Shown: positions 28,276 through 38,225, numbered from the stretch's first letter. The stretch is 64,000 nucleotides of DNA from Patescibacteria group bacterium (GCA_041742375.1 JBGSIU010000044.1:2161-66160); one strand, 5' to 3'. Translations and numbers: made by a program. The notes: generated from the sequence alone by a model not told the origin.

Positions 28276-29273
28276 AAATTCATATTCTTTTTCCATTTGT
28301 TAACGGTCCATATGGAGGTGCCAATCAATTTCTTAAATCATTACGTAAAGAACTAAAAATAAGAAATGCATATGAAAACGATCCAAAGAAAACAGAGATA
28401 ATTCTTTTTAATTCCTTCCAAAATTTATCCAAGATTTTACTTTATAAATTAATATATCCACAGAAAATTTTTATCCACCGTGTCGATGGACCGATTTCAG
28501 ATTACCGAGGGCAGGACGAAGAAATTGACAAACAAATATATCAAGTAAACGAATTAATTGCCGACGGTACCATTTTACAGTCGGATTGGAGCAAAAAAAA
28601 TAATTACGCAAAAGGGATGCGTAAAAGTAAAGATTCGGTCGTTATTTTAAACTCGTGCGATAAATCAATTTTCAATAATAGAGGATCCGTTTTCTTTGAT
28701 CGTAAAAAGAAAATAAAATTAATTGCAGTTAGTTGGTCAAATAATAAGAATAAAGGCTTTAAATATTATGAATATTTAGACAAGAATTTGGATTTTTCAA
28801 AATTTGAAATGACGTTTATCGGTAATTCGCGAGTAAAGTTTAAAAACATCAGAATTTTGCCGCCTCTAACAAGTGATGGGCTATCCCACGAATTAAAAAA
28901 TCACCACATATATGTCATTGCCTCCAAGAACGATCCGTGTTCAAATTCCCTGATTGAAGCTCTGAGTTGTGGTTTACCCGCGGTCTATTTAAAAAGCGGC
29001 GGGCATGTTGAAATTGTCAAAAATGCCGGTGTTGGGTTTGCCAATGAACATGAATTGAAACAAGCTATTAAAAAAATTGTCAATAATTATTTTATATATA
29101 AAAACAGAATACATATTTCAGATATGCAAATGGTTGCAAAAGCTTATTCTGACTTTGCAAAATATCTCGAGGGGAAAAAACAATATAAAAGTATCAGATT
29201 TGGCGAAACGATAAAAATATTTCTCGAAATTAATACTTATAAATTAAGGAAAATCATGAAAATTACTATTTAA
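28272..29273 (+). CDS. GT4-like (GT-B) glycosyltransferase
   Basis: 'SNSLIEALSCGLPAVYLKSGGHVEIV'. The start overlaps the upstream stop. Confidence 0.6.
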   Translation: MKIHILFPFVNGPYGGANQFLKSLRKELKIRNAYENDPKKTEIILFNSFQNLSKILLYKLIYPQKIFIHRVDGPISDYRGQDEEIDKQIYQVNELIADGTILQSDWSKKNNYAKGMRKSKDSVVILNSCDKSIFNNRGSVFFDRKKKIKLIAVSWSNNKNKGFKYYEYLDKNLDFSKFEMTFIGNSRVKFKNIRILPPLTSDGLSHELKNHHIYVIASKNDPCSNSLIEALSCGLPAVYLKSGGHVEIVKNAGVGFANEHELKQAIKKIVNNYFIYKNRIHISDMQMVAKAYSDFAKYLEGKKQYKSIRFGETIKIFLEINTYKLRKIMKITI

Positions 29274-29279
29274 AAACAT

Positions 29280-30050
29280 ATGAAAATAGACGAAATCAAA
29301 TTTTTAAAATATAAAACAAAGGGGGCAGACTATCATTACCGTGAAATAAACAAATATAGGGTCTTTTCATTTAATGCATTTTTGTTTGCACGATACGAAA
29401 ATTTTATATATTGCATTGAAGAATATGTTTTAAAAATCAAGGACAAGGAGCGACCGCTAAAGATTTTGGATGTTGGGTGTGGTGATGCGGTGCTTTTCTA
29501 TTTGATGAAAAAGAAATTTGAAAACGTGAATTTATTATTTTACGGAACAGATTTATCGCGTGAAGCAATTTCTGTGGCAAAAAGAAAAAATGGGCAAGGT
29601 ATTTTTAAGGTTGCAAACGCTTATATGCTTCCTTTCAAATCCGAAGAATTTGATATTGTGATTTCAACCGACGTGATAGAACATGTGAATCATCCAAGAA
29701 AGATGATTTCAGAGATGTGCCGCGTATTGAAGAAAAAATGCCTCGTCGTCGTCGGAACGCCAATAAAATATACTGAAAGACCGTTGGATTCAATGCATGT
29801 ACACGAATTTTTCCCAGAAGAATTTGTTGGGTTGATGTCAAACTATTTTAGAGATTGTAAAATTATCAAAACACACGATTTAATCCCGCATTATCTATAT
29901 CTTTCAACGGTCAACATCTGGAAATATAAATTTACACTCTGGAAGTATTTTTTCAATTTATTAAATATATTTTTCGGATGGAATATTTTTTTATCGAAAA
30001 GAAAAAACATAAAGTATCCGTCGTATATGTTTGTTAAAGGATTTAAATGA
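29280..30050 (+). CDS. Class I SAM-dependent methyltransferase (type 11)
   Basis: 'ILDVGCGDAVLFYLMKK...IVISTDVIEHV'. Confidence 0.75.
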   Translation: MKIDEIKFLKYKTKGADYHYREINKYRVFSFNAFLFARYENFIYCIEEYVLKIKDKERPLKILDVGCGDAVLFYLMKKKFENVNLLFYGTDLSREAISVAKRKNGQGIFKVANAYMLPFKSEEFDIVISTDVIEHVNHPRKMISEMCRVLKKKCLVVVGTPIKYTERPLDSMHVHEFFPEEFVGLMSNYFRDCKIIKTHDLIPHYLYLSTVNIWKYKFTLWKYFFNLLNIFFGWNIFLSKRKNIKYPSYMFVKGFK

Positions 30051-31153
30051 AAAGAAAAAAAATTCTCTATATATTTGCAAAAGATAGGAGTAAATATTTG
30101 GAATCAAAGGAAGATTTTCCGAACAATCTTTTATATGGTTATGATTTTCTGAAAAAGCACGAATATAATCCCGGTATTTTAACAAAAAGAACAAGGCTCC
30201 TTCGTTATCTTGATTTGCCATTGAATTTTTTATTCAATTGTTATTTCGGAGTCGGATTTAACATTTTTTTCATTCTTTTTAATTTGAAAACAATTAAGGA
30301 ATACGATCTTGTCATATGTGTTCATGATTCGGTTGCCTTGCCGCTTCTTTTATTTAAAAAAATCGGCATTTTTAATGGAGATATCTGTGACATATCAATT
30401 GGTCTGGCACCGTTTTTAACAAATAGCATTTTTAATATAAAGGAAAAATTGATTAGAAAGTTGCTTGGCGCGGCAAAATACGTTTTTGTTTTTTCAAAAG
30501 ACGAACAGACCATAATTAAAGATTGTCTTGGTATCAAGTGCGATTTGATAAGATATGGTGTTGATACCAATTTCTTTTTCCCCAACAAAAAAAAGTTTCT
30601 CAATAGAGATAAAATAATTATCTCAAGCGGCGATGATAGTCAAAGAGACTATGAAGCATTGGTTAGAGCTTGGAAAATTATTCAGAACAAAAAAAACACA
30701 AATTTAAATCTTTTGATTGTTACCTCAAAAATTCATAAAGAAAAAATAGATAAAGAAATCATCAGTAACAAAGTTAACAATGTGACTGTAAAGCTAAGCG
30801 TTGATTACTCGTTGCCGGAAATGAGAGATTTGTACTCAAGAATGCTTCTGGGTGTTATTCCGATAAAAAGTACAAAAAGATCCGTTGGACAAATTGCCGT
30901 TCTTTCGATGCTTGCCATGGGAAAAAACGTTATAACCGGGGTAAACTCCTGGCAGAATCAGTATTGTTTAAATGAGCAGAATGGGCTATACACATACTTA
31001 ACGGAAAACTATATTGACCTGTCTGATAAAATTCTTTGTTTATTGAGGAAAAATCAAACAAAAAAACAAAAAAACAGCTTTGAAACTATCAGAAATAAAT
31101 ATTCATCAGAAATAATGGTGCGCGATATTTTAAAAAAGATACAAACATTGTAA
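30047..31153 (+). CDS. GT-B fold glycosyltransferase (group 1-like)
   Basis: 368 aa with a C-terminal 'SVGQIAVLSMLAMGKNVITGV' nucleotide-binding-half pattern. Lies in an operon with the GT4 genes. Confidence 0.5.
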   Translation: MKRKKILYIFAKDRSKYLESKEDFPNNLLYGYDFLKKHEYNPGILTKRTRLLRYLDLPLNFLFNCYFGVGFNIFFILFNLKTIKEYDLVICVHDSVALPLLLFKKIGIFNGDICDISIGLAPFLTNSIFNIKEKLIRKLLGAAKYVFVFSKDEQTIIKDCLGIKCDLIRYGVDTNFFFPNKKKFLNRDKIIISSGDDSQRDYEALVRAWKIIQNKKNTNLNLLIVTSKIHKEKIDKEIISNKVNNVTVKLSVDYSLPEMRDLYSRMLLGVIPIKSTKRSVGQIAVLSMLAMGKNVITGVNSWQNQYCLNEQNGLYTYLTENYIDLSDKILCLLRKNQTKKQKNSFETIRNKYSSEIMVRDILKKIQTL

Positions 31154-31167
31154 AATAAGCAAGTTTT

Positions 31168-32016
31168 ATGAAAGAAGGAAAAATTGTTGTTTACGATTCT
31201 ATAAGTTTATATTCCCGCGGAATTCGTTATTTGATTTTCGATATGGTTTCATCGGTTTGGAAGAGCCGAGAATTGATTTATCGTTTATTTCTTCGAAACT
31301 TTGTCGTGAGATATAAGCAGTCGCTCATAAATTGGGGATGGATTTTTCTGATGCCGTTCATAACGATGTTAACTTTTTTGCTTCTTAACATTTCTGGAAT
31401 TTTAAAAATCGGAGATTTAAAAGTTCCATATCCAATTTATGGAATGCTCGGTGTTTCCCTGTGGAATCTCTTTTCAAACGGTTTGCCTAGCACTACTCTC
31501 AGCGTGGATTCTCTCGGGGGTTTAATCGGAAAGATAAATTTTCCAAAAAGTGCAATTATTTTTGCTGCCTCCGGTCAGGTTCTTGTTGATTTTTATATCA
31601 GAATGCTTGTTATCCTGCCGGTTTTTTTAATTTATATGCGGTTTCCATCTTGGTTAATAATTCTTTTTCCAATATATATCATGCCGTTAGTTTTGTTGAT
31701 GCTGGGATGCGGATTCTTTTTTGCGATTGTCCAGGTGATTTTTAAAGATACCCAACATATTATTAATCTTGGACTCTCCTTTTTTCTTTTTTTAATGCCG
31801 ATAATGTATGATATGCCAAAAAAAGGGCTTCTTGTTGTTTTGAGCAGATATAATCCGATTTATTATTTAATTTCAGTGCCGCGCGATTTAATAATTTTCG
31901 GGACGACAAATAATTTTATCCCTTATTTTTTGTCAACGCTTATTTCTTTATTTATTTTTACCATCGGATGGTTTGTTTTTTATCTCTCCGAAACCAAACT
32001 TGCCGAAAGAATATAA
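31168..32016 (+). CDS. ABC-2 type polysaccharide exporter permease (Wzm/TagG-like)
   Basis: 282 aa with six hydrophobic segments. Immediately followed by an ABC ATPase. Confidence 0.7.
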   Translation: MKEGKIVVYDSISLYSRGIRYLIFDMVSSVWKSRELIYRLFLRNFVVRYKQSLINWGWIFLMPFITMLTFLLLNISGILKIGDLKVPYPIYGMLGVSLWNLFSNGLPSTTLSVDSLGGLIGKINFPKSAIIFAASGQVLVDFYIRMLVILPVFLIYMRFPSWLIILFPIYIMPLVLLMLGCGFFFAIVQVIFKDTQHIINLGLSFFLFLMPIMYDMPKKGLLVVLSRYNPIYYLISVPRDLIIFGTTNNFIPYFLSTLISLFIFTIGWFVFYLSETKLAERI

Positions 32017-32021
32017 ATTCT

Positions 32022-32786
32022 ATGAATATCAACTCAGCCATTGAATTTGAAAACGTTTCCAAGAAATTTTGTATCAGATTGGAAGAACAAATGTGGTATG
32101 GGTTTTCAGATATTCTAAGAAACATTTTAAACATGCGGAAAACTAACACTTTGCGCAAGGATGAATTTTGGAGCATTAACAAAGTCAATTTTAAAATTAA
32201 AAAAGGCGAATCAGTTGGAATTGTGGGACTAAACGGATCAGGTAAGAGTACAACACTCAAAATGATCAACGGAATTTTTATGCCGGATTTGGGAAAAATT
32301 TCTATAAGAGGAAGAGTTGGAGCATTGATTGAAGTTGGCGCCGGATTTCATCCATATTTAACAGGTAAAGAAAATATCTATTTAAGCGGCGCGATCTTTG
32401 GTATGCCGAAGAAATATATCGATCAAAAATTTGATGAAATCGTTGAGTTTTCAGAAATAGAAAAATTTCTTGATATGCCTGTTAAAAACTACTCAAGCGG
32501 AATGTATGTACGACTTGGCTTTGCAGTAGCCGCGCATATGCAAACAGACATTTTGCTTATCGACGAGATTTTTGCCGTCGGTGATGTTGATTATCAGAAA
32601 AAGTGCTTAACGAAAATCCAAGAATTAAAAAATATCGGTAAAACAATCGTATTTGTAAGTCACAACGAAAAAAACTTGAAAGAAATTTGCAGCAAAGGAA
32701 TATTGCTTCATGAAGGTAAAATGGTCTATCGTGGGAATATTGACGATGTTTTGAAAAAATATAAAGAGTATAATCTAAAAAATTAA
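32022..32786 (+). CDS. ABC transporter ATP-binding protein (Wzt/TagH-like, short form without a C-terminal carbohydrate-binding domain)
   Basis: Walker A 'GIVGLNGSGKST', signature 'YSSGMYVRLGF' and Walker B 'LLIDEIFAVGD'. The ATG at 32022 is preferred over the ORF-track start at 31968, which overlaps the permease. Confidence 0.85.
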   Translation: MNINSAIEFENVSKKFCIRLEEQMWYGFSDILRNILNMRKTNTLRKDEFWSINKVNFKIKKGESVGIVGLNGSGKSTTLKMINGIFMPDLGKISIRGRVGALIEVGAGFHPYLTGKENIYLSGAIFGMPKKYIDQKFDEIVEFSEIEKFLDMPVKNYSSGMYVRLGFAVAAHMQTDILLIDEIFAVGDVDYQKKCLTKIQELKNIGKTIVFVSHNEKNLKEICSKGILLHEGKMVYRGNIDDVLKKYKEYNLKN

Positions 32787-32822
32787 CAAAAAATACAAGA
32801 CCGGCATTTATACTAATTAATT

Positions 32823-33839
32823 ATGAACATTAACGGTAAAAGCATTTTAGTGACTGGTGGAACAGGATCTTTTGGTAGAGAAGTAACTCAGGTTCTTCTC
32901 GAACAATATAAACCGAGAAAAATAGTGATATTTTCGCGGGACGAATATAAGCAATATCTTTTGAAAAATGAACTTGGGAGAAAATATGGAAAACGGCTCA
33001 GATTTTTTCTTGGAGATGTTCGCGACAAAGAAAGGTTAATGAGGGCATTTGACGGAATCGATATTGTTATTCACGCGGCGGCTTTAAAACAAGTTCCTGC
33101 GCTTGAATACAATCCGATTGAAGCGATTAAAACAAACATTAATGGGGCGATTAATGTGATCGATGTAGCAATCGAAAGGCAAGTTGAAAAAGTTATTGCT
33201 TTGTCAACCGATAAAGCTGTTCATCCAATAAGTTTATACGGTGGGACGAAGCTTGTTTCTGATAAAATGTTTATATCGGCAAGTGCTTACGCAGGAAACA
33301 AGAATATCTCGTTTTCTGTTGTCCGATACGGTAATGTAGCGGGAAGCAGAGGATCTGTTGTCCCCTTTTTTAAACATTTGATTGAACAAAAAGCAAAATT
33401 TTTTCCCATAACTGATTTTCGTATGACAAGATTTTGGTTGTCGCTTGAAAGAGCCGTGAGTTTGGTAATCGAAGCAATAAAAAACGGTCAAGGAGGGGAA
33501 GTATATGTTGCAAAATGTCCATCTTTTAAGATTATAGATTTGGCAAAAGCAATGGACAGCAAAATGGAAATAAGGGAGGTTGGCATTAGACCGGGAGAAA
33601 AACTGCACGAGGTGATGTTGACTGATGATGATGCGGCAAGAACCTACGAATATAAAAATTATTTCATCACTTATTACGCACTTGATTGGTGGAGCAAAAA
33701 GAAAATTATTCCGAAAGGCGGGAAAAAAATAAAGAATAGCTTTAATTATTCCTCCGGGACAAATAGTGTCTGGCTAGAAACTGCGGAAATAAATAAACAA
33801 TTGAAAAATGTCAAAATTGACAACCATAATAAACTGTGA
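32823..33839 (+). CDS. pseB: UDP-N-acetylglucosamine 4,6-dehydratase (inverting), PseB/FlaA1-type
   Basis: The full length aligns with PseB/FlaA1: 'ILVTGGTGSFG', 'SRDEYKQ', 'IHAAALKQVP', 'YGGTKL', 'VVRYGNVAGSRGSVVPFF', 'ITDFRMTRFW', 'GIRPGEKLHE'. Confidence 0.85.
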   Translation: MNINGKSILVTGGTGSFGREVTQVLLEQYKPRKIVIFSRDEYKQYLLKNELGRKYGKRLRFFLGDVRDKERLMRAFDGIDIVIHAAALKQVPALEYNPIEAIKTNINGAINVIDVAIERQVEKVIALSTDKAVHPISLYGGTKLVSDKMFISASAYAGNKNISFSVVRYGNVAGSRGSVVPFFKHLIEQKAKFFPITDFRMTRFWLSLERAVSLVIEAIKNGQGGEVYVAKCPSFKIIDLAKAMDSKMEIREVGIRPGEKLHEVMLTDDDAARTYEYKNYFITYYALDWWSKKKIIPKGGKKIKNSFNYSSGTNSVWLETAEINKQLKNVKIDNHNKL

Positions 33840-34978
33840 AAAATTATCCATACGGAAAACAATCAATAAGCCGTCATGATATTAAGGAAGTTGTGCGTGT
33901 TTTAAAATCAGATTTTCTAACACAGGGTTCTGAGGTGGATAATTTTGAAAAAAAACTTGCCAAAAATACCAATGCAAAATTTGCAGTTTGTTTTAATTCC
34001 GGAACCGCGGCCCTTCATGCGGCGTATTTTGCCGCAGGTATCGGCAAGAATGATGAATTCATAACATCTCCGATGACATTCGCGGCAACAGCAAATGCCG
34101 GTCTTTATCTTGGCGCGCGCCCTGTTTTTGTTGATATATTAACGAACGGGAACATTAATCCGGGTCTTATCGAAGAAAAAATAACTAAAAAAACAAAAAT
34201 AATTATTCCGGTTCATTATGGTGGGTTGCCCTGCGAAATGGTAGCTATTCAAAAAATTGCCCGAAAGCATAAACTGATTATTATCGAGGATGCTTGCCAC
34301 GCACTTGGAGCAAAATATAAAGACACAAAAGTGGGAGGTTGTGCATATTCTGACATGGCAGCTTTCAGTTTTCATCCTGTTAAACATATTACAACAGGGG
34401 AAGGCGGCGCAGTTACAACCAATAGCAAAGAGTACTATGAGAAAATGAAAATTTTCCGAACACACGGAATAACAAAAAAAACTTTCTCATCAAAAACAAG
34501 AAATGACGGAGATTGGTATTATGAAATGCAGCATCTTGGGTATAATTATCGCCTGACTGATTTTCAGGCGGCACTTGGGAGTTCTCAGCTCGAAAAACTG
34601 GATAAATATGTCAAAAAAAGAAGAGAAATTGCAATAATCTATCAAGAGAAATTTAAAAATAACAATTTTTTCGATCTTATTTCTGAAGAAAAAAATGTCA
34701 AGAATTCATTTCATCTTTTCCCGATTTTATTAAAAAATGTTTTGAGTCGAAAAATAATTTTTGAGAAGTTAAGAGAAAAAGGTATCGGGGTGCAAGTACA
34801 TTATATCCCAATATATTTTCATCCCTATTATCAAAGACTAGGATACAAAAAAGGTTTATGTCCAAGGGCGGAAGATTTTTACGAAAGAGAAATAAGTCTT
34901 CCTATGTATTTTTCACTAAGCGATAATGAAGTTGATCACGTAATTTCTATCATGCTTAAAGCTTTTAATAACATATGA
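33836..34978 (+). CDS. pseC: DegT/DnrJ/EryC1-family PLP aminotransferase, PseC-like
   Basis: 380 aa in the DegT family. It lies directly downstream of pseB, with an ATGA overlap. The N-terminus 'YGKQSISRHDIKEVVRVLKSDFLTQG' is typical of PseC-type enzymes. Confidence 0.7.
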   Translation: MKNYPYGKQSISRHDIKEVVRVLKSDFLTQGSEVDNFEKKLAKNTNAKFAVCFNSGTAALHAAYFAAGIGKNDEFITSPMTFAATANAGLYLGARPVFVDILTNGNINPGLIEEKITKKTKIIIPVHYGGLPCEMVAIQKIARKHKLIIIEDACHALGAKYKDTKVGGCAYSDMAAFSFHPVKHITTGEGGAVTTNSKEYYEKMKIFRTHGITKKTFSSKTRNDGDWYYEMQHLGYNYRLTDFQAALGSSQLEKLDKYVKKRREIAIIYQEKFKNNNFFDLISEEKNVKNSFHLFPILLKNVLSRKIIFEKLREKGIGVQVHYIPIYFHPYYQRLGYKKGLCPRAEDFYEREISLPMYFSLSDNEVDHVISIMLKAFNNI

Positions 34979-35982
34979 TAAGAATAGGCATTATTGGTTT
35001 TGGCTATTGGGGGCCGAATTTGGTCAGAAATTTTTCGCTTGTCGATGGTTGTTCCATCAAAATCGTGTCAGATCTGCGAAAAGACAGACTCGACCTTTTA
35101 AAAAGACAATATCCGGGTGTCGCAACTGTTAACTTGAGTGATAATGTTATAAACAATAAAAACATTGATGCGGTGGTTGTCGCGACTCCGGTTTCTTCTC
35201 ATTTTGATCTCGCGTCTGCTGCTTTGAGCCACGGCAAGCATGTTTTAATTGAAAAACCGATGGCAACATCGGTTGCGGAAGCCAAGATGTTAATTGATTT
35301 GGCGAAAAAGCAAAAGAAGATTTTAATGGTTGACCACACCTTCCTGTACGCCGGCGCGGTTCAGAAAATCAAGAGTCTAATTGATAAAAATGAGCTTGGG
35401 AATATTAACTATTTTGACTCGACGCGTATCAATTTGGGATTATTTCAAAAAGACGTCAATGTTTTATGGGATCTTGCCCCCCATGACATTTCGATTTTCA
35501 GCTATCTATTTAATAAAAATCCACTAAGTGTTCAAGCGATTGGTGTTTCACATCTGAAAAACGGCATCGAAGATGTCGCATACTTAACCCTCCGTTATCG
35601 ATCAGACCTAATTGCCCATTTTAATTGTTCCTGGTCCTCGCCAATTAAAATAAGAATGATGTTAATCGGAGGGGATAAGAAAATGATTGTTTATAATGAT
35701 ATGGAACCGACAGAAAAGGTTAAGGTTTATGATAGCGGTTATATATTGAAAACAGATGAAGACAAGAGAAAAATTTTGGTCGATTATCGCGTGGGCGACA
35801 TTTTTATCCCAAAAGTTGAAATACGAGAAGCACTGTTTGAAATGGCGAAAGATTTTATAAAATCGATAAATGCAGGGAGTGATCCGATTTCAAACGGCGC
35901 TCTCGGTTTAAAAGTTGTAAAAATATTAGAAATGTCCCAAAAATCAATAAAACAGCACGGAAGAGAAATTCCGTTTAAATAA
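34975..35982 (+). CDS. Gfo/Idh/MocA-family NAD(P)-dependent oxidoreductase (WbpB-like sugar dehydrogenase candidate)
   Basis: 'IGIIGFGYWGPNLVRN', 'EKPMATS' and 'DHTFLY' motifs. Confidence 0.8.
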   Translation: MIRIGIIGFGYWGPNLVRNFSLVDGCSIKIVSDLRKDRLDLLKRQYPGVATVNLSDNVINNKNIDAVVVATPVSSHFDLASAALSHGKHVLIEKPMATSVAEAKMLIDLAKKQKKILMVDHTFLYAGAVQKIKSLIDKNELGNINYFDSTRINLGLFQKDVNVLWDLAPHDISIFSYLFNKNPLSVQAIGVSHLKNGIEDVAYLTLRYRSDLIAHFNCSWSSPIKIRMMLIGGDKKMIVYNDMEPTEKVKVYDSGYILKTDEDKRKILVDYRVGDIFIPKVEIREALFEMAKDFIKSINAGSDPISNGALGLKVVKILEMSQKSIKQHGREIPFK

Positions 35983-35984
35983 TA

Positions 35985-36464
35985 ATGAAAAATGGTTCGC
36001 TTACGAGTCTTAATAATGTGTCTCTTGGAAATAATGTAAAAATATCGAAATTTGTAAATCTATACGGGTGCAAAATCGGCGATAATACAAAAATTGGCGC
36101 TTTTGTCGAAATTCAAAAAGGTGTTGTTGTCGGAAAAAACTGTAAAATTTCAAGTCATACATTTATCTGCGAAGGGGTTGAAATTAAGGATAATGTTTTC
36201 ATCGGACACAATGTTACGTTTATTAATGATAGATATCCCCGCTCAGTGAATGACATGGGATTCCTGAAAAGCGATAAGGATTGGAAACTAGAGAAAACAT
36301 TTATCAATAATAATGTTTCAATTGGTTCATCCGTTACAATTCTTTGTGGATTAACAATAAGTGAAGGATCAATGATTGGCGCGGGATCAGTTGTCACAAA
36401 AGATGTCCCACCTAAAACTTTAGTTATGGGAAATCCTGCGCGAGTTCGAAGCAAAATTAAATAA
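35985..36464 (+). CDS. Left-handed beta-helix (hexapeptide-repeat) N-acetyltransferase (WbpD-like)
   Basis: 159 aa with repeated [LIV]Gx4 hexapeptides. Confidence 0.75.
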   Translation: MKNGSLTSLNNVSLGNNVKISKFVNLYGCKIGDNTKIGAFVEIQKGVVVGKNCKISSHTFICEGVEIKDNVFIGHNVTFINDRYPRSVNDMGFLKSDKDWKLEKTFINNNVSIGSSVTILCGLTISEGSMIGAGSVVTKDVPPKTLVMGNPARVRSKIK

Positions 36465-36470
36465 TTAATT

Positions 36471-37568
36471 ATGAAACCTATTCCTTTTGCCGATCTGAAA
36501 AGACAATATATAGATATTAAAAGCGAAGTTTTGTTGGCTATAAAAAAAGTGTGTGAGGAAACGGCTTTTTCCGGAGGTAAATTTTCCGAAAAATTTGAAA
36601 AGGAGTTTGCGAAATATTCCGACGCAAAATATTTTTCCGGACTTAATAATGGGACAAATGCCATATTTCTTGCGCTTAAAGTTTTAGGCATTGGTTCTCT
36701 TGACGAAGTTATCGTTCCCACAAGCACGTTTATTGCAACTGCATCTGCCGTAAGCTGCACGGGGGCAGTTCCTGTTTTTGTGGACTGTGATCCTGACACT
36801 TGGGAAATTGACGCGGGTAAACTGGAAAAGTCTCTAACTAAAAAAACAAAAGCCGTGATTGGCGTACATCTCTATGGCCAGCCATTCGATGTCGATGTGG
36901 TAGCAAGAATATGCCGGAAACATAAATTATACTTGGTTGAAGATTGTGCACAGGCACATGGAGCAAAATATAAAAATATAATTGTCGGAGCATTTGGCGA
37001 AATGGGTTGTTTTTCATTTTATCCGGGTAAAAATTTGGGTTGTTATGGTGAAGGCGGCGGCGTTTTAACCAATAATAAAATATATTTTGAGCACATTACT
37101 AAATTAAAAAACCATGGGAGTACTTCAAAATACTTCCATGATGAAATTGGTTACAACATGAGAATGGAGGGGATACAGGGGGCAGTTTTAAGCGTAAAAC
37201 TAAAACATCTTGATAAATGGAATGCAAGACGCAAAGAAATTGCGGAAATATACCGCAGCTTGATAAAGAACCCAAAAATAAAAATGCAGTATCGGCCAAA
37301 GTGGGCAGATTCTGTCTTCCATTTATTTGTGGTCATTACAGAAGATAGAGACGATTTGAAAAAATATCTCGAGAAGCATAATATTTTTCCGGCGATGCAT
37401 TACCCGGTTCCGTGTCATTTACAGAAAGCATATAGTTTTTTAAAATATAAAAAAGGCGATTTTCCCAACACGGAATATTTGGCTGCGCATTGTTTGTCAC
37501 TGCCAATGTATCCGGAGCTAACTGACAACGAAGTTAAAAAAATTATTAAAATCATCAATCGATATTAA
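36471..37568 (+). CDS. DegT/DnrJ/EryC1-family PLP aminotransferase (WbpE-like)
   Basis: 365 aa in the DegT family. Confidence 0.85.
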   Translation: MKPIPFADLKRQYIDIKSEVLLAIKKVCEETAFSGGKFSEKFEKEFAKYSDAKYFSGLNNGTNAIFLALKVLGIGSLDEVIVPTSTFIATASAVSCTGAVPVFVDCDPDTWEIDAGKLEKSLTKKTKAVIGVHLYGQPFDVDVVARICRKHKLYLVEDCAQAHGAKYKNIIVGAFGEMGCFSFYPGKNLGCYGEGGGVLTNNKIYFEHITKLKNHGSTSKYFHDEIGYNMRMEGIQGAVLSVKLKHLDKWNARRKEIAEIYRSLIKNPKIKMQYRPKWADSVFHLFVVITEDRDDLKKYLEKHNIFPAMHYPVPCHLQKAYSFLKYKKGDFPNTEYLAAHCLSLPMYPELTDNEVKKIIKIINRY

Positions 37569-37571
37569 TAT

Positions 37572-38198
37572 ATGAAAACTAAACTGCTTATCTTTCCATA
37601 TAACGGCAATGGTTTGGAAGCCTTGGGATGCTTAGACGGAAATTACGAATTTATCGGGTTTATTGATGATGAATCAACTAAGCAGGGAAAGAAAAAAGAG
37701 GGATTCACGGTTTTTTCCCGTGAAGTACTGCAAAAATATCGAGAGGCAAAATTGCTGGCGGTTCCCGGTAGTCCGACGACATATTTAAATCGAAAAAAAG
37801 TGATTGCTAGTTTAAAAATACCCCAAACACGATTTGCCACGGTTATTCATAAAAACGCGTACATATCTCCTTTGGTAAAAATTGGGTTTAATGTTTTAAT
37901 TATGGCGGGGGTTGTTCTGACGAGCAATGCCATTATCGGGAATCATGTTTGTATTTTGCCAAACAGCGTTATCCATCATGATGTTGTGCTGGCTGATTAT
38001 ATACTTGTGGGATCACAGGTGGTCATTGCCGGATATGTAAAAATACACGATAATTGTTATATTGGCAGTCAAAGTTCTCTTATCAATCAGATAGAGATTG
38101 GTAAAAATTCTCTTGTTGGAATTGGATCGAACGTTATCAAATCTTTTCCTCCTAATTCAAGAATTGTTGGGAATCCTGCCCGATTAATAAATAATTAA
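37572..38198 (+). CDS. NeuD/PglD-family sugar N-acetyltransferase (hexapeptide)
   Basis: N-terminal Rossmann-like 'LLIFPYNGNGLEALGCLD...FIGFIDDE' and a C-terminal hexapeptide beta-helix. Confidence 0.75.
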   Translation: MKTKLLIFPYNGNGLEALGCLDGNYEFIGFIDDESTKQGKKKEGFTVFSREVLQKYREAKLLAVPGSPTTYLNRKKVIASLKIPQTRFATVIHKNAYISPLVKIGFNVLIMAGVVLTSNAIIGNHVCILPNSVIHHDVVLADYILVGSQVVIAGYVKIHDNCYIGSQSSLINQIEIGKNSLVGIGSNVIKSFPPNSRIVGNPARLINN

Positions 38199-38201
38199 GA
38201 T

Positions 38202-38217
38202 CCCCGCTTTCGCGGGG
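38202..38217 (+). terminator. GC-rich hairpin CCCCGC-TTTC-GCGGGG between the acetyltransferase and the GT2; possible terminator or attenuator lacking a U-tract
   Basis: A perfect 6-bp GC stem with a 4-nt loop in an otherwise AT-rich genome. Confidence 0.4.
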
Positions 38218-38225
38218 ACAAGCTT

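Noticed and set aside
36155-36799. 214-aa minus-strand ORF spanning the acetyltransferase/aminotransferase junction
   Set aside because: It lies entirely antisense to two well-supported + strand genes with clear family motifs and has no recognisable domain. It is most likely a spurious antisense ORF.
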